Assembly: GCA_027451365.1 (NCBI GenBank)
Contig: DAIDJN010000017.1
Coordinates: 1 to 61,414, forward strand
Length of the DNA stretch: 61,414 bases
Source of the DNA: Phycisphaerales bacterium
GTDB taxonomy: Bacteria > Planctomycetota > Phycisphaerae > WQYP01
Reading direction: 5' to 3'
The notes under the pieces are model-generated. The model worked only from the letters and a program-made list of their open reading frames with translations, was not told the origin of the DNA and did not search any database. The position numbers and the translations under genes are program-made. Numbering within the stretch: the first letter of the stretch is position 1; the number at the start of each line of letters is the position of its first letter. Of the stretch, positions 58,329 through 61,414 are shown one piece after another.

Positions 58329-58361
58329 GGCGGGTTGGAGGGAATCCCCTGCCAACCCGCC
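58329..58361. other. Strong intercistronic stem-loop
   Basis: GGCGGGTTGG (58329..58338) pairs perfectly with CCAACCCGCC (58352..58361), with inner AGGG/CCCT; no U-tract on the coding strand. Confidence 0.7.
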
Positions 58362-58442
58362 AGGGAGTGCTTTGTTCGGTAAAATGGCATCCCGGCTGTC
58401 ATGCTTCACACAACGCCAAAACAGTCGTCATGCCGCCCCATG

Positions 58443-59150
58443 TCATCGGGCTAATTTACGATGACGGGCCATCAGTAGCAGGCCGACAGCGCCTGCTGCA
58501 AACGGGGCCAGTGTCGCAGGTTCCGGAGTGGCCACAACGTTTCCGGAAAGTATGAATGCCCGCCCCATCGGGTCGGTGCTACCCCAGAAAAAGGCGGCCT
58601 GGTTGGCGGCAGAGTCCTGCAGGGTAAACTGCACCAGAAGCTGCGTTGTTCCCGTCAGATTCACTCCGGAGACAAACTGTGTTGAATCCAGACCTTGCGA
58701 TTTATTATTGTTGTTAAAAAACGTGGTATAAGTCGCGCCGTTATTCGTGCTGTAGGCGGCAGTCATGGTACTGTTTGTGTCGTTGTTCAAACCGCCGGCG
58801 GAAAAGGTAAATCCCGAGCCAAATGCGAGTCCGGGGGCCGTCTGAAAATCCCAGGTCATCGTGTCGGAATTGGTGGTGGCATTGGAGACGCCATAGGTGC
58901 CCCCCGCGATGAAGCCCACCTGCACATACAGGTCGGCACTACTGGCGTTGGCGGCCGTTGGAATAGTGGTTGACGTGCCGGAGGCCGGTCCACCATTTAC
59001 GGATACCCCATCATATGGAGAATAATTGTAGGAATAGGTTCCCGCGGTAGTGACCGGGGTTGTTGTCAGACTGGCGCGGGCTGATGCAGATATCAGACCC
59101 AACGCCCCGGCGGCAGCCGCCAGCAATACCAGATTCGGTGCAGTTTTCAT
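58443..59150 (-). CDS. PEP-CTERM sorting domain protein
   Basis: AAAGGAG RBS; signal peptide ending ASARA; Thr/Ser/Asn-rich; C-terminal TPEPATLAPFAAGAVGLLLMARHRK. Confidence 0.9.
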   Translation of the reverse strand: MKTAPNLVLLAAAAGALGLISASARASLTTTPVTTAGTYSYNYSPYDGVSVNGGPASGTSTTIPTAANASSADLYVQVGFIAGGTYGVSNATTNSDTMTWDFQTAPGLAFGSGFTFSAGGLNNDTNSTMTAAYSTNNGATYTTFFNNNNKSQGLDSTQFVSGVNLTGTTQLLVQFTLQDSAANQAAFFWGSTDPMGRAFILSGNVVATPEPATLAPFAAGAVGLLLMARHRKLAR

Positions 59151-59560
59151 ATACATACTCCTTTGGCTCCCTGCGGAAGCGAATTGTGACATCCATCAGC
59201 CGGATGGATAAACGGGTTGGCCGCAACATGCGGCGTAAAAATGGGGCACCCGTCAACAACACGGGCATTTTCCGCATTTTTTTCTCAACATGCTATAGTC
59301 TAGATATAACAAGTTCATTCACAACCCGAACTTGCGGCAATGGGGTATGATTTTGCGAAAGCCTGTCGCATGGTCACCGGCAATCAGACGCTGTTCTAGA
59401 ACTCACGCTGGGGCGATACACATTTCCGAATCAGGCGGATTATGGGGTGAAACCGCGAATACTGCGATGGGCCTGATGGATGGATGTCCGATACTTATGG
59501 CCACCCATTCGTGAATTGTAAAGGCCCTTTCATGAGGGTATAAATCCAGACAATTGAGTC

Positions 59561-60862
59561 GTGTCTGCTAGAAAGTTTGCCATCATGCCCGATTGTACAA
59601 CCATCCGGATTGCTTTGAGTCTGAACGTACAACACGGCTATGCGCGGGAGACGATGCGGGGCATCTTGAATGCCGCTGCGCCGTATCAAGGCTTTGGCGA
59701 TTCAGACGCTCGGCGACGGCGAAGCCCCCAGCGATGGCGGTTACAACTGTTCGCGCGGATGGACGACCCCGGCGGGCGTCGCCAGCAAGGTGATATACTA
59801 TCCTTTGCGCCGCATGCGATCATCTATGAGAACCTGCTTTTGAATGATGATAAAAGCCCCACCTGCACTCTTCGGAGTGTGCTTGAGCGAATCCCATGTC
59901 TCAAAATTGAATTGTACCCGTTCGATGAGCGACCAATATGGCCGTCGATTTCCAGCGACGACGTGGCCGTGGGACGCCTGGCGGCTGAATATTTTCAAAA
60001 CCTTGGACTCCAGCATTTCGCGTTTTTTGGTGAGGAGTATTTCGAGTATTCCCGCCGACGCCGCGCCGGGTTTGAAGATGCATTGCGTGTGTCCCCACGC
60101 CCGCAAGAACGGAAGCGCAAATCGTCACTGCATGTTCCGTATTATGACCGTGGAAAGCAGAACTGGAGGGCCGGCATTCGCGACTGGATCGCGTCGATGC
60201 AATTTCCTGTTGGAATTTTCGCCGCCAATGATCTGTTCGCAACTGAGTTGCTCGAGGAATTGGCAGGTACGGCATGGAATGTCCCGGAACAAATTGCCGT
60301 ACTGGGAGTAGATAACGACGACTTGCTCTGTCATTTGGCGCATCCGCAGGTCTCCAGCATTGTGCCCGGCTTTCGGCAGGTTGGGCGGGCGGCGGTTGGC
60401 GTATTGGCACAAATGTTCGCCGACAACGGCGCAGCGCCCTCGGAAACATTCATTTCGCCGCTGCGCGTCGTGACCAGGCAATCAACGGATATCCTCCACG
60501 TTCCGGACGCCCAGATTGCCGCGGCTGTCCGATATATTCGCGGCCATTCACTGGACAACATAAGCGTGAAGGAACTTGTGCAGAAAGTGCCGGGTAACCG
60601 CCGCCGATTGGAAAAAAGGTTTTTTGATCTGGTTGGCCGCTCTCCCCTGGAAGAAATTCACCGTGTGCGAATTGCCAAAGCAAAGTTGCTTTTATTGGAG
60701 GGTAAAAGCGTGGAACAGGTCGCTTACGAGATGCATTTTTCAAGCCCTAAATATTTTGCGACGTTGTTTCAACGGCTCACACATATGACTCCCTCCGAAT
60801 TTAAGTTACTTGATCAGCGGGCCGTGATCAAAAAGCCCTTAAAAGTCCGGCCGGCAAGATAG
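59561..60862 (+). CDS. XylR-type regulator (LacI-like sensor domain + AraC HTH)
   Basis: YARETMRGI, DDVAVGRLAAEYF, VGIFAANDL, VPEQIAVLGVDND, VVTRQSTD, RRRLEKRF, SPLEEI, YFATLF; start may be 59585. Confidence 0.92.
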   Translation: MSARKFAIMPDCTTIRIALSLNVQHGYARETMRGILNAAAPYQGFGDSDARRRRSPQRWRLQLFARMDDPGGRRQQGDILSFAPHAIIYENLLLNDDKSPTCTLRSVLERIPCLKIELYPFDERPIWPSISSDDVAVGRLAAEYFQNLGLQHFAFFGEEYFEYSRRRRAGFEDALRVSPRPQERKRKSSLHVPYYDRGKQNWRAGIRDWIASMQFPVGIFAANDLFATELLEELAGTAWNVPEQIAVLGVDNDDLLCHLAHPQVSSIVPGFRQVGRAAVGVLAQMFADNGAAPSETFISPLRVVTRQSTDILHVPDAQIAAAVRYIRGHSLDNISVKELVQKVPGNRRRLEKRFFDLVGRSPLEEIHRVRIAKAKLLLLEGKSVEQVAYEMHFSSPKYFATLFQRLTHMTPSEFKLLDQRAVIKKPLKVRPAR

Positions 60863-60917
60863 TCTGGTACCGGCGAAATTCCTTATCCAGTTCTGATTTG
60901 AAATACGGCCAGGTTGG

Positions 60918-61248
60918 TCAAGACCAATCTATATGATTACCATTGGAGTCGCTGATATTCGCAGCTATAAAACTTAGGTCAGTTTCGGAAAAATTCAGCC
61001 GCGCTTCGCGGAGCGAAGCGTAAGGGTTTTGCGGCGGTAAATTCGACACGGCGGTTTTTAAGAAAGAGGTCCGAGCCGGATTTTTTTTGAAGGCTTGCTT
61101 TTTTCGCATTTATATCGTCATTGATTGCGACTTTCGCAACCAATGACGCGTCTTTTATCCAGTTTCGCATCGGTTCGAGCCACAGGCACTGGCCTCTTTG
61201 TGATCTCGTTAGAACCTCCTCCAGCGACTTCTTCTCAGACATGAGGGC
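60918..61248 (-). pseudogene. C-terminal remnant of a probable large serine recombinase, frameshifted and cut by the IS
   Basis: LMSEKKSLEE..WLEPMRNWIKDA..KKASLQK..GSDLFLKNR, then in another frame YASLREARLNFSE. Resembles the coiled-coil/C-terminal tail of resolvase-family recombinases as I recall it; catalytic domain absent. Confidence 0.55.
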
Positions 61249-61414
61249 TGTAATACTCCCCAAAAACTGGGCTCGCTGCTAAGGTAGTTTTTTCCGAGTT
61301 TTCGGAGTCTATTTTATGTCGGTAAAACGTCGTCAGTTTACGTCGCAGTTCAAAGCCAAGGTGGCCATGGAGGCGATGAAGGGCCAGCGGACGATTGGTG
61401 AGTTGGCGGGTTTG
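61249..61414 (+). mobile_element. IS3-family element, left end (IRL + start of orfA)
   Basis: TGTAATACTCCCCAAAAACTGG left IR; GGAG RBS; ATG 61316. Confidence 0.85.
61316..61414 (+). CDS. IS3-family transposase OrfA N-terminus (partial; not in ORF track)
   Basis: MSVKRRQFTSQFKAKVAMEAMKGQRTIGELAGL matches the IS3 OrfA start pattern R..F..EFKAKVA.EA..G..T..ELA. Confidence 0.9.
   Translation, partial: MSVKRRQFTSQFKAKVAMEAMKGQRTIGELAGL

Noticed and set aside
60863..60960. tRNA fragment or att site after the recombinase remnant
   Set aside because: No T-loop GTTCGA or acceptor-CCA pattern visible
1..61414. Plasmid or phage identity for the apparently circular sequence
   Set aside because: No rep, par, conjugation or virion genes recognised; content is chromosomal housekeeping plus CAZyme cassettes

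Overview
A 61.4 kb stretch that looks like bacterial chromosome, most likely Planctomycetota/Phycisphaerae. This is inferred from the DUF1559 pilin-like genes, PEP-CTERM proteins, the DUF1800/DUF1501 pair and an FHA-GAF histidine kinase. The core carries housekeeping genes (hisF, argA-type GNAT, proB, pyk, aspS, asd, truA, rpsR, ferredoxin, fliA, argH), a fluoride riboswitch-fluC-DUF190 unit and an ECF sigma cassette. Accessory glycan-utilisation modules are interspersed. Two share one architecture, PEP-CTERM protein + type IV pilin-like DUF1559 protein + exported glycoside hydrolases (GH127/146; GH3 + GH78 with a XylR-type regulator), with no SusC/D, TonB, ABC or MFS transporter. This is the best candidate for a poorly described system. 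A third block has a PEP-CTERM subtilase and a GH92 fused in frame to a GntR HTH. The two window ends are complementary halves of one IS3-family orfA: the last 12 nt equal the first 12 nt and join in frame. The element has inverted repeats at 61249 and 836, an internally deleted orfB and captured host DNA, and it truncates a serine recombinase on one side and the GH92 on the other. All family calls come from motif recognition by eye; no searches were run.
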